Of a DNA stretch of 64,000 bases, positions 20,441-30,353 are shown piece by piece; positions within the stretch are counted from its first letter, which is position 1, and each line of letters starts with the position of its first letter. The stretch is taken from contig CBDFMQ010000002.1 of NCBI GenBank assembly GCA_965249725.1, positions 768,001 to 832,000 of the forward strand, in the 5' to 3' direction. The DNA is from Longimicrobiales bacterium (GTDB lineage: Bacteria > Gemmatimonadota > Gemmatimonadetes > Longimicrobiales > Gaopeijiaceae). A model generated the notes under the pieces. That model saw only the letters and a list, made by a program, of their open reading frames with translations, was not told the DNA's origin and made no database searches. The translations under genes were made by a program, and so were the position numbers.

Positions 20441-21106
20441 CTACAGGTCGTAGTCCGAATCGCCGGGCCATCCCTCGGACCCCACCAAGGGGACGAACGA
20501 GCAGTTCAGCAGGCGTTCGCTGACGTATTCGTTCCCCTGATGCGTGTAGCGGAGGAGGGACTGCTGCGTTCGCGGCCCGACGGGGATTACCAGGCGGCCA
20601 CCCTCTTCGGACAACTGTTCCTTGAGTGCGGGTGGTACTGATGGGGCGCCGGCGGTGACGATGATTGCGTCGAAGGGTGCCTTCTCTCGCCAGCCGAGGG
20701 ATCCGTCACCGATGCGCAGGTGCACGTTGGAAATCCCGAGCGCCGAAAGACGCTCCTCAGCGGCGCACTGGAGCGCGCGAAGGCGCTCCATGGAGAACAC
20801 TTCCGAGGCGATGGTGCTGAGCACGGCGGTTTGATATCCACTCCCCGTGCCCACCTCCAGGACACGGTCCTCGGGCCCGAGTCGCAGCGCTTGGGTCATC
20901 GCGGCCACCATGTACGGTTGGCTTACCGTCTGGCCGAGGCCCAATGGGACGGCTCTGTCGCGGTAGGCCCAAGCACGGCGATCGTCCGGGAGAAAATTCT
21001 CCCGCGGGACCCAGGCCATCGCCTCGAGGACTCGGGGATCGACGATGCCGCGAGCCTTGAGTTGGCTCTCGACCATGGCCATGCGATCGTTCGTCGTATC
21101 GGGCAT
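20441..21106 (-). CDS. pcm: Protein-L-isoaspartate O-methyltransferase
   Basis: GQTVSQPYMVA, LEVGTGSGYQ, APFDAIIVTA, FVPLVG. Confidence 0.95.
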   Translation of the reverse strand: MPDTTNDRMAMVESQLKARGIVDPRVLEAMAWVPRENFLPDDRRAWAYRDRAVPLGLGQTVSQPYMVAAMTQALRLGPEDRVLEVGTGSGYQTAVLSTIASEVFSMERLRALQCAAEERLSALGISNVHLRIGDGSLGWREKAPFDAIIVTAGAPSVPPALKEQLSEEGGRLVIPVGPRTQQSLLRYTHQGNEYVSERLLNCSFVPLVGSEGWPGDSDYDL

Positions 21107-21251
21107 GTACCGTCTCCCGGGAGAGCGGCTCCCACTGCCTTGGCCGGTGAGTCCTCTTCTCGTCCTCAACCACTATTCTAGCGGGAACGGGACTCCACTT
21201 CACGCTCGGATGGATGGATCGAGGGCGTGTGCTTACCTTGGTCGTGAACAC

Positions 21252-21325
<74 letters not shown>

Positions 21326-21326
21326 T

Positions 21327-21390
21327 TGGTAGTCGTAATGACTGGTAGTCGTAATGACTGGCAGTCGTACCGACCGCTAGTCGTACCGAG
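21327..21390. repeat. Four degenerate 16 bp tandem repeats (core AGTCGTA) directly after the tRNA
   Basis: TGGTAGTCGTAATGAC x2, TGGCAGTCGTACCGAC, CGCTAGTCGTACCGAG. Confidence 0.85.
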
Positions 21391-21417
21391 GGATCAACTC
21401 CGCAGCGAGGGACCGCT

Positions 21418-22881
21418 ATGCGCCACACATCGCAGAGACGTCTTTGGAGGGTTGTCAGCGGTTCCAGCCACAGGTTAGGCCTCACGACCGGCACGATTGC
21501 AGCGCTGGTCACGATGGGAGTCATCGCCCCCAGCGCCGTGGCCCAGGTCGTCTGCTTCGGCGACCCGACCTGCGTGCAGCCGATCACCGGCTACGCCATC
21601 GGCCAGCCCGGCACGCCGAACGTCGACGTGGTCTCGCACCTGCCCCTCCCGGGTGTCCCTTTCAGCCACACCGACATCGAGATCGAACAGGACATGGATC
21701 GCCCGTTCGTGTACATCGCGCAGCGGTTCGGGGCGTCGGGCTTCTACGCGATCAGCATCGAGGACCCGGAGAAGCCCCGCGTGCTGTACCGTTGGACGAT
21801 CGGTGACCCCGATCTGCACCTCGGGGCAGGCTGCGTCGATATCAAGTATGCCAAGGCCGAGGGACGCTACTACGTGATCCTGTCGTGCCAGTTCGGCCAG
21901 GGCGGGCCCGACGCCGATCTGGGTGCGATGCTCTTCGACGTCACGGATCTGCCCGACGCGTCGACGGTGCGGCTGGTCGCCGAGCTGCGACTCCCTGATA
22001 TGCCCGGCGGCTTTCACAACGTGTTCGCATACAGGCATACGAACGGGCGCTCGCTGCTGGTGGCGACCACGCAGTCCGAGGATGCCTTCATCTACGACAT
22101 CGCGCAGGTCGCGAGGGGTGTGACGGACCCAGTCTCGGAGATCGCCGTGCCCCAACCGTCGTCCGCGCGCAGTCGCCAGTGGCACGACATGTACATCGGC
22201 TACCTGCCGGAGGCGGAACAGGACCGCTTCTATGGAGCGGGGACCGGCGGCTTTCATGTGTTCGACATGACCGACGTCGAGAATCCGAGGTTGCTGACGT
22301 CCGTCACGGGGATTCCCGGGGTGGAGAACGGGCATACGTTCACCCCGACGCCGGACGGTCGCTACGCGCTGGGCATGCCGGAGCCCACCTATCAGCATTC
22401 GCCGGTGCGCTTCTTCGATCTTCAGCCTCCGGGGTCGGAAGGCCAAACGCCGAACGTGGTCCGAGGCTCGGGCGTGGGTGCATGGATTCCCAAATTCGGT
22501 GGAGCCACTCACAATCACGAGATCCGCTGGCCGTACGTCTTCATTTCCGCCCAGGACGACGGTTTGCAGATCGTGAACATGGCCGACCCCACGCGACCGT
22601 TCACCGTCGGGTACTACCACACCCGACAGAACCCGATGCTGCATGACCCGTTGGGCCGCAATCCGTCACAGGCCACGACCGGCAACATCTACAACGGGGC
22701 CTGGGGCGTGGACATCCGGAACGAGGACGGCCTCATCGTGGTGAGTGACGAGAATTCCGGCTTCTGGGCGTTCCGCCTCGAGGGCTTCCAGGGGTGGAAC
22801 GGCAACGACTGGGCGATGCCGAACATCTCTAGCGCCCAGTACTGGGACGAAGGTCCGGTGAGGCCCGAACAGATCCGGTAG
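21418..22881 (+). CDS. Secreted LVIVD-repeat / beta-propeller protein
   Basis: Signal-like N-terminus; repeated GF(H/Y)xFDxTD and GLQIVNMADP units; His-rich motifs GFHNV, WHDM, GHT, THNH. Confidence 0.75.
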   Translation: MRHTSQRRLWRVVSGSSHRLGLTTGTIAALVTMGVIAPSAVAQVVCFGDPTCVQPITGYAIGQPGTPNVDVVSHLPLPGVPFSHTDIEIEQDMDRPFVYIAQRFGASGFYAISIEDPEKPRVLYRWTIGDPDLHLGAGCVDIKYAKAEGRYYVILSCQFGQGGPDADLGAMLFDVTDLPDASTVRLVAELRLPDMPGGFHNVFAYRHTNGRSLLVATTQSEDAFIYDIAQVARGVTDPVSEIAVPQPSSARSRQWHDMYIGYLPEAEQDRFYGAGTGGFHVFDMTDVENPRLLTSVTGIPGVENGHTFTPTPDGRYALGMPEPTYQHSPVRFFDLQPPGSEGQTPNVVRGSGVGAWIPKFGGATHNHEIRWPYVFISAQDDGLQIVNMADPTRPFTVGYYHTRQNPMLHDPLGRNPSQATTGNIYNGAWGVDIRNEDGLIVVSDENSGFWAFRLEGFQGWNGNDWAMPNISSAQYWDEGPVRPEQIR

Positions 22882-22919
22882 AACGGGCGCGCCGCCCCAC
22901 TCGCGAACGAGAACGACAG

Positions 22920-22952
22920 GCCCTGCGGCCCGGCTCAGCCGAACCGCAGGGC
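22920..22952. terminator. Hairpin between convergent genes
   Basis: GCCCTGCGG...CCGCAGGGC outer stem with inner CGGC/GCCG. Confidence 0.55.
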
Positions 22953-22973
22953 TTGTTGGTTGTGAGCCCCTGG

Positions 22974-25479
22974 TCAGGGTGCTCCTGGGACGACAGCACA
23001 CCCTCTTCCCGGTACCGGCGGGGCCTTCGAGGGAGGTGCGTTCGACCACGGTCGCACGCGTGGACCGCGGATCGAGGCTTGGGAGGGAGGCTGCATGGTC
23101 CCGGACAATCCGTAGGTGATGGGGTAGCCTCCGGGCAATCCGAACGCGGCTCCCATGATGTACTCGAAGAAGAACGAGCCGTCGCAACTCAAGAGCCCGG
23201 ACAACGTCACGTAGATGCCGGGGAAGCCCGCCACGATGCCGACTCCGTCGGCCCAGACGTTGCCCTCGGAGTCCCGGGTCCCGGTTACGTCTACGAAGGG
23301 GCTCGTTGATGACGTGAGGAAGCTGGAGCTGCCATCGGAAATGAAGTCGGCCAGGCTCAGGTACAGCTGCGTCATGGCCAGCAGTTGGATGAACGGGTTG
23401 TGTCCGCCAGAATCCTCGAGCACGCTCACGATCAGGTTGAAGAAACCGGTATGACAGTTGGTACCGTCCTTGCCGTCCTTGAAGTTGTTGCCTGAGTCGA
23501 TCTTGGGACCTCGAGGCTCCAAGGCGTCGCCGGCGCCCCACCCTCCGATCCCGGGCAACCACTCCCCGTCGAGCCCATCGCCCCCGATGCCTGTGAGATC
23601 GATTACCTCGACGCCACCAGGCATGCCGTCGGCTTTTCCGGTCCCTCCAGGGCCGTCGTTGCCCTCGAACGTCCCGCCCAAACCGCCATTTCCCCCGTTG
23701 GTGACCGGAAAGACGCTGCACCCGTCGAAGCCGAAGCCTCCGTGACCACCCGTGACGGCCAGGGCTCCCCCCATGCCGCCGTTGCCGACGAGTGCACCAC
23801 CGGCGTCGGTGACCTCCGCCTTGCCACCGTCACCGCCGTTGGATTCAGCTGCAACCAACGCTGCACGCCGCAGTCCACTGAGGACCATCCGAGGCGGGGC
23901 CGGGCCGGCCGGTGCCTCAGGCTTGTACGAGTTGCCTCCGGCAGCCCCGTCGATGAAGTCGACGTCTCCGTCGCCGCCGTCACCCGGATCCATGTTGGAG
24001 TCGCCTCCATCGCCTCCGTTGCCCCCGGTGATCGTCACGTTTGCCGTGCTGGCGGAGCCAGTGGCCCTGAATTGCAGGGGCGGGGAAGTGCCGCCGAAGC
24101 CACCCAACGCGTAGGCATGTCCTCCTGCTTGCGCGGGTTTGTCCGGCCTCTGTGACGAGTTCATGCCGTGGGCTCCGAGGGCCGTCGCATCTGCCCCGGA
24201 ACCGGCATCTCCCACTTGGATGGTCAGCACGCCGGACTCGGCAAGCGGCGTGATCCCTACCAGCGAGCGCACTTCTACCAGGCCCGCCGCACCGCCGGGC
24301 CCACCCTCGGATATTGCGGCCGCCGCAGGGTCGATATCGGGGTTCTCTTTTCCTTCCGCCATCGAGAAGCCGCCGATTCCACCGTCTCCTGCAATGAGTT
24401 CATTCCCGGAGCCCGTGAAGGTCCAGCTTCCGGTGGCCAAGAGTCGCACCTTGCCACCGTCACCGCCTTTGCCGCCGGAGGCGTCGGCTTCCGTAATGCT
24501 CTCGTGCATCCCCCGGCCGCCCCCGCCTCCATTCTGTCCGAAGACCCGCACGCCCCCGTGGAGGAACGCGTTGCCACTGCAGAACAAAGTCCACGTCCGG
24601 CCGTCCTCACCGTCTTCACCGTGCTGTCCGTCGGCGCCATTCGCTGCCTGTGTCGGGTTGGCGAGGAAGGTGTAGTTGCTGATCCGACAGGTGCCGGACA
24701 CAGGCCTGGCCGACGCGGACCCAGAAAGAGCCTGGCCCTCTTCGGGGAAGTCTGCGTCGGAGATCGTCGGATCGTTCTTGATGACGATGTCGCCGCCGCT
24801 CTCGATGGTTCCTTCGTCCAGCTCGAGGTCGCCGTTGCCCACGATCGTCACCGAGGCGGTCTCCGATGGCGCAACCGTGCACGCGTTGTTGATCGAGCCG
24901 TTGATCGTGACGGCGGCCTGACCGTTGATGGTGATGTCCACGCATTCACCGCTCAGTGTGCCGTCGATGCTGACTGCTCCGGTCACGTCCATCGTGAGAT
25001 CGTCGGTAACCGTGACGGTGACCCCCTCCGGGATTATCACTTGATCGTAGGTCTTGGTGCCGGAGAGGTTCGTGTCACCAGTAGGTTCGAAGGTGGGCGT
25101 CGTGACCGTAACGGCGGCGCTCGCGCTCTGACCCTCCGAGGTGGCCGTGACGGTGGCCGATCCGGCGCCCACGCCGGTCACTAGCCCGCCAACGACCGAG
25201 GCGACCTGCGCGTCGGTCGTGGACCAGAGAATCGCGCGGTTGCTGAGCGCAGTCCCTGCAGCGTCGAAGGTCGCCGCGGCCAACTGGGCCGTCTCTCCGA
25301 CGAGGAGGTCAGCGTCCGCAGGCGTCGCCGTCACCGTAGCTACAGGCGCGGGCGGTGGTGGCGGCGGCGGGGGGGGGCTGAACGGGCGTACCGTTATCGC
25401 CGCCACCGCACGACCCGACGAGAAGAGCAAACGCGACTACGGCGGGGCCAGTGATCCACTTTGAATCGACACGGGACAT
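22974..25479 (-). CDS. Surface lipoprotein with Pro linker, Ig-like (Big_2) domain and Gly-rich repeats; frameshifted at a G9 tract
   Basis: Signal peptide MSRVDSK...LLVGSCGG (ATG 25479) is out of frame with the 818-aa body; removing one base from 25369-25377 joins them. Confidence 0.75.
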
Positions 25480-25646
25480 GAGTGGAGTGAGCGGGGAAAT
25501 TATCGATCTTAGATCACTCGAACCAGAGGGGGAATCCCCCGTCGTGAGGGGAGGTTCGGGCTCGGCATTGGGCCCTTGACCCCCGGTGTTCCGGGTGGTC
25601 TCATCAGAGAACAACCGATACCCGACCCGCTCCCAAAGGGGGATTC

Positions 25647-27272
25647 ATGATACATCAGGTCAGCCATATCCGACTCACGATCCTAGCGGCCTTCACCGTC
25701 TCGTTGATCGCGGTCACCGTTCCCGCCGCCGGGCAGGATCCGTCCAAGACTCGCTTCGAAGTCGTCGTGCCCGAAACGATCAACGCAAATGCACTCACCG
25801 GCCGTGCCTACGTCATGATCGCACGGACCGACTCCCGCGAACCTCGGCTCCAGATCGGGCGGACGGGAGAGCCGTTCTTCGGTCGCGATTTCGAAGGGCT
25901 ACCGGGCGGAGCGGCGACCATCATCGACGGCACGGATCTGGGCTGGCCCGTGGAGAGGCTCGCAGACCTGCCCGACGGCGAGTACTACGTGCAGGGGTTC
26001 GTGAACGTCTATTCAGAGTTCAACCGGGCCGACGGCTTCACGGTCTGGATGCACGATGACCAGTGGGAGGGGCAGCACTTCAATCGTTCTCCCGGGAACC
26101 TCTACAGTGACGTGCAACGGATAAGACTGGACGCCTCAGAGGGTTATTCAATCCGCCTCGTTGCCGACAACGTCATTCCTGCCGTGGAGATTCCTGCGAA
26201 CACCGAGTGGGTGGAGCGGTTTCGCTTCGAGAGTCCCACGCTCACCGCGTTCTGGGGCCGACCGATCTACCTGGGTGCCACGGTCCTGCTCCCGAAGGAG
26301 TATCACGACGAGACCATCGAGTACCCCGTGCTCTACCGGCAGGGCCACTTCTCGCTCGCCGAACCCCTCGGGGGCCAGGTGCGGGAGGCGTGGGTGGAGG
26401 ATGATTTCCCTCGATTGCTCGTCGTGACGTTTCAGCATCCAACCCCCTATTTCGACGATTCCTACGCGGTGAACTCCGTAAACGTCGGTCCTTACGGCGA
26501 CGCCATCCTGGAGGAGTTGATCCCCGAAATCGAACGGCGCTACCGCATCATCAAGCAGCCGTGGGCCCGGTTGCTCGACGGGGGCTCGACCGGGGGATGG
26601 GAGTCGCTGGCGCTTCAGGTCTACCATCCGGACTTCTTCGGCGGGACTTGGTCCTACTGCCCGGATCCGGTCACGTTCACGAATGTCGAGGGTGTGAACG
26701 TCTACGAGGACGAGAACGCCTTCTACAAGAATCGTGGGTGGTTCAACGTGCCGACCATCAACACGCGCGAGGTGAACGGTGACGTGCGCCTCACCTCGGC
26801 CCAACGGAACCGCTTCGAACTCGTGAGTGGCACCCGCGGTCGCTCAGGGCAGCAGCTCGACATCTGGGCCGCCGTGTACGGTCCTGTGGGCGAGGACGGT
26901 TTCTTCGCACCGCTCTACGACAAGCGCACCGGTGTCATCCACAAAGAGGTGGCCGAGTACTGGCGGGAGAACTACGACCTGCTCCACTACATGAAGACGA
27001 ATTGGAGCTCGCTGGGTCCGAAGCTGGTGGGGAAGATCCGCATCTATACCGGCGACATGGACAACTTCTATCTCAATAATGCGGTGCTGGAGATGGAGGC
27101 CTGGATGAAGACTACGGAGAATCCGCACTATCCGGGCTATTTTTCCTACGGTCGTGGCGAGGGGCACTGCTATTCAGGGCCCGTCTCCATGGACGTGCGG
27201 CTGAAGGAGATGGCGCAGCATGTCATGCAAAATCAGCCCGACCTGTTGGACACGCCTTGGTGGAAATACTAG
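25647..27272 (+). CDS. Secreted alpha/beta-hydrolase (esterase family)
   Basis: Signal peptide, GGSTGG nucleophile elbow, GDMD, GHC. Confidence 0.82.
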   Translation: MIHQVSHIRLTILAAFTVSLIAVTVPAAGQDPSKTRFEVVVPETINANALTGRAYVMIARTDSREPRLQIGRTGEPFFGRDFEGLPGGAATIIDGTDLGWPVERLADLPDGEYYVQGFVNVYSEFNRADGFTVWMHDDQWEGQHFNRSPGNLYSDVQRIRLDASEGYSIRLVADNVIPAVEIPANTEWVERFRFESPTLTAFWGRPIYLGATVLLPKEYHDETIEYPVLYRQGHFSLAEPLGGQVREAWVEDDFPRLLVVTFQHPTPYFDDSYAVNSVNVGPYGDAILEELIPEIERRYRIIKQPWARLLDGGSTGGWESLALQVYHPDFFGGTWSYCPDPVTFTNVEGVNVYEDENAFYKNRGWFNVPTINTREVNGDVRLTSAQRNRFELVSGTRGRSGQQLDIWAAVYGPVGEDGFFAPLYDKRTGVIHKEVAEYWRENYDLLHYMKTNWSSLGPKLVGKIRIYTGDMDNFYLNNAVLEMEAWMKTTENPHYPGYFSYGRGEGHCYSGPVSMDVRLKEMAQHVMQNQPDLLDTPWWKY

Positions 27273-27324
27273 AACTCTCGAGCGGGCATCGGGCTCGCCG
27301 ATCAACTCCGAAGAAGGGCCAAGC

Positions 27325-28824
27325 ATGAGCCACCCCTCAGCCAAGCGGGGCACCGTTGGTGCGATCGCGACGATCGCTGCCTATTCCGGACTCGTTCTCG
27401 GAGTCGAAGATGTGACAGCCCAGGAGCGTCCCTTCGAGTACGACTACACTGAAGAGGCCGCTCTCGCGCAGCAGTTCGATCTGGACAATCCTGATCCGGA
27501 GATGCTTCGCACGACCTTCGCCAAGCGACGCGAGCGAGTTCTGAGCTCCATTCCAGATGGGGCGATGCTGGTCCACTCGGTCGAGTGGGTGCAGCCCCGC
27601 AGGCTCGAGTTTCAAGTGCCCCATAGCGACAACCACGACTTTATTTTCCTGACCGGACTCGAGGGGCTCCAGAGCGTTGGGTCGGCTCTTCTGCTCGTGC
27701 CCACGCCCGAGAAGGCTTGGGTCGTGTTGTTCACGTCGGCGGATCCGGACTTCGTACGACAGGTCACCGGGATCGAGGACGTCAGGCCTTACGTGGAACT
27801 GGAGGAAGAGCTGTCGGTTGCCATGACCGATTTCCGTGACTGGCGCATCACACAGATCAGACGGTGGCCGCTCGCTGCTGCGTTGTCGCATGCGTGGGGC
27901 CGGGACCAGAAGACGCTTTATCTGAACTACCCGCGCTTCTTCCGGCTCGGGATGCCGGAGCCTCCGCGGCTCGAATTGTTCAAGCGCTTCGAGCGGTTCT
28001 CACCCGAGATGGAGCTCCTCGACGCCGCCGATCTCCTCGATCCCGTGCGCATGCTGCACGACGGGTACGGCCTCGCCAACCTCCGGCGGGCGGTGGATAT
28101 CACGGGTGAAGGGATCATCGAGGCCCTGAGCGGCGCCGAGGTGGGGATGACGGAAAGGGAGGTCATGGAGGCCATGGACTTCGTGTATCGATATCGCGGA
28201 GCGGACCTCGGCTTCCCGACGTCGGTGGCGCGGAGCCCGATCAATGGGCGGCAGTCGAGGGGCCCTCGGATACCCGAGGGGTTCATCCAGTACGTACCGC
28301 GTTTGGGAGGCGATGTCTTCCAGAGCGACGACATCGTTCACACCGACACCGGCGCCGAGTTCAATCACTACTCCGCGGATCTCCAGCGAAACGTCCCGAT
28401 CAGCGGCCGCTTGAACGACAAGCAGCGTCGGCTGTACGAGATCGCTCTCGACGTGCAGAAGACCGTCATATCCCGGATTCGGCCCGGCGTGACGTGGCGG
28501 GAGCTTCACGATCTGGCAGTTCAGATGCTTCGGGACGCTGGGGGGTATGATCAGTACTACGGGTACGGTATCGGTCACTTCATCGGGATGGAGGTCCACG
28601 ACGAGGGTGATTACGAAGCCCCGCTCCAGCCTGGCATGGCACTGTCCATCGAGCAGGGTGTGGCCCCTCCGGACGGGCCCCGCATCGCATTCGAGGACGA
28701 TGTCATCGTCACCGAAGACGGTCATGATTGGATCAGCGAGTGGATTCCGATCGAGATCGATGATGTCGAGGCGCTCGCCATGAAGGAGAGCAGCCTCGCG
28801 GATTTCTTGAACAAGCGCCCGTGA
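27325..28824 (+). CDS. Xaa-Pro peptidase (M24B), probably secreted
   Basis: DTGA..YSAD, GHFIGMEVHD, IEQG, FEDD metal ligands. Confidence 0.88.
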   Translation: MSHPSAKRGTVGAIATIAAYSGLVLGVEDVTAQERPFEYDYTEEAALAQQFDLDNPDPEMLRTTFAKRRERVLSSIPDGAMLVHSVEWVQPRRLEFQVPHSDNHDFIFLTGLEGLQSVGSALLLVPTPEKAWVVLFTSADPDFVRQVTGIEDVRPYVELEEELSVAMTDFRDWRITQIRRWPLAAALSHAWGRDQKTLYLNYPRFFRLGMPEPPRLELFKRFERFSPEMELLDAADLLDPVRMLHDGYGLANLRRAVDITGEGIIEALSGAEVGMTEREVMEAMDFVYRYRGADLGFPTSVARSPINGRQSRGPRIPEGFIQYVPRLGGDVFQSDDIVHTDTGAEFNHYSADLQRNVPISGRLNDKQRRLYEIALDVQKTVISRIRPGVTWRELHDLAVQMLRDAGGYDQYYGYGIGHFIGMEVHDEGDYEAPLQPGMALSIEQGVAPPDGPRIAFEDDVIVTEDGHDWISEWIPIEIDDVEALAMKESSLADFLNKRP

Positions 28825-28901
28825 GGGGTCGCTTGCACCTCCCGCCCGGCCCGTCCACTTTGGGCCGTTCCCTTTGAAGCTGGTCTGACGGAGAGTTCAT
28901 T

Positions 28902-30353
28902 ATGAGAGTGCGCAGCGGTTTCGGGGCGTTGCTCGTTCTATTGGTCGCCGGTCCCCTGCAGGCTCAGGGTCCGCTTTTTACGAATGCCTTCCCGCCCGAG
29001 GAGTTTTCGGGTCGTCGGGCCACCGTCCTCGACCAGATCGGCGACGCCGTCGTGGTGATGCAGGGTGCCACGGAGTACCCCGGGTACATCAAGTTCCGCC
29101 AGAACGCTCAGTTCTTCTATATGACCGGAGTGGAGGTCCCCAGAGCGATCCTGCTTTTGGACGGCCGCACGGGAACTTCGACGCTCTATCTACAGCCGCG
29201 AAATGAGCGTGCGGAGCGTTCCGAAGGGCCGGTGTTGGTGCCCGGAGACGAGGCACGGCGACTGACCGGCATCGATTCGGTCGTGGATCGGGAGTTGTTC
29301 ACCGCGGACCTGGAGAGAGTGATCGGAGAAGGGCGCACCCTCTACACGCCCTTCCGGGCCGAGGCTCTCCACGCGGCCACGCCCGGATACAGCAACAACC
29401 ACTCGGCGGCATCCACGAACGACCCGTGGGACGGACGACTCTCCCGGGAGGCCGCGTTCATCCAGCGGATTCGCGAGGTGGCCCCCGGCGGGGAGATCAT
29501 GGACCTGGATCCCATCCTCGACGGCATGAGGCTCATCAAGAGTCCGCGGGAGATCGAGCTCATTCGGCAAGCGAGCCGCATTTCGGGCGAGGCCATGATC
29601 GAAGGGATACGGTCCGCTGCCGTGGGAATGTACGAGTATGAGCTCGAAGCCGTGGGCGACTATGTGTTCAAGCGGCACAACTCGCAGGGGTACGGCTACT
29701 TCTCCCTCATCGCCACGGGCGACAACGCTAGCTACCCGCACTATCACGCCTCACAGAGCCGCCTCGAATCAGGGGACATGGTTCTCTGGGACTGGGCGCC
29801 CGACTACAAGTACTACACGTCCGATGTCACCCGCATGTTTCCGGCCAACGGGACGTTCGACCCGGATCAGCGCGAGATGTACGACATCTACCTGCGCCTC
29901 TATCAAGCGTTGATGACGTCGATCAAGCCGTACGAGACGCCCGCTGCGATTCGGGCTGTGGCTTTGGCCAAGATGGAGGCGATTTTCGACGACTACGAGT
30001 TCACCAACTCCAAGATCCGGGATGCATCAGTGACGTTTATCGATCGCTATCGCGGGCCGTCGCGGGGCTTGGGGCACATGGTGGGCATGGAGGTACACGA
30101 CGTCCGCGCCCCTTACGAGGTGATGCAGCCCGGGATGGTGTTCACCATCGAGCCCGCGCTTCGGATCCCGGAGGACAAGGTCTATATTCGGCTCGAAGAT
30201 GCGATCTTGATCACCGAGACAGGCTACGAGAACCTCTCCGGTTTCGTGCCGGCCGGGATCGAAGACATCGAGAGGCTGATGGCCGAAGAGGGGTGGGCGG
30301 AGAGGTTGTGGAAGAGGCGGCAGACGACCACGTTGGAGGACTCCAGTCTGTGA
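28902..30353 (+). CDS. Xaa-Pro aminopeptidase (M24B), secreted
   Basis: Signal peptide ending LQA; YTSDVTR, GHMVGMEVHD, TIEP, RLED. Confidence 0.9.
   Translation: MRVRSGFGALLVLLVAGPLQAQGPLFTNAFPPEEFSGRRATVLDQIGDAVVVMQGATEYPGYIKFRQNAQFFYMTGVEVPRAILLLDGRTGTSTLYLQPRNERAERSEGPVLVPGDEARRLTGIDSVVDRELFTADLERVIGEGRTLYTPFRAEALHAATPGYSNNHSAASTNDPWDGRLSREAAFIQRIREVAPGGEIMDLDPILDGMRLIKSPREIELIRQASRISGEAMIEGIRSAAVGMYEYELEAVGDYVFKRHNSQGYGYFSLIATGDNASYPHYHASQSRLESGDMVLWDWAPDYKYYTSDVTRMFPANGTFDPDQREMYDIYLRLYQALMTSIKPYETPAAIRAVALAKMEAIFDDYEFTNSKIRDASVTFIDRYRGPSRGLGHMVGMEVHDVRAPYEVMQPGMVFTIEPALRIPEDKVYIRLEDAILITETGYENLSGFVPAGIEDIERLMAEEGWAERLWKRRQTTTLEDSSL

Noticed and set aside
21326..25600. Genomic island integrated at tRNA-Ile2
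   Set aside because: No integrase and no duplicated tRNA 3' end seen.
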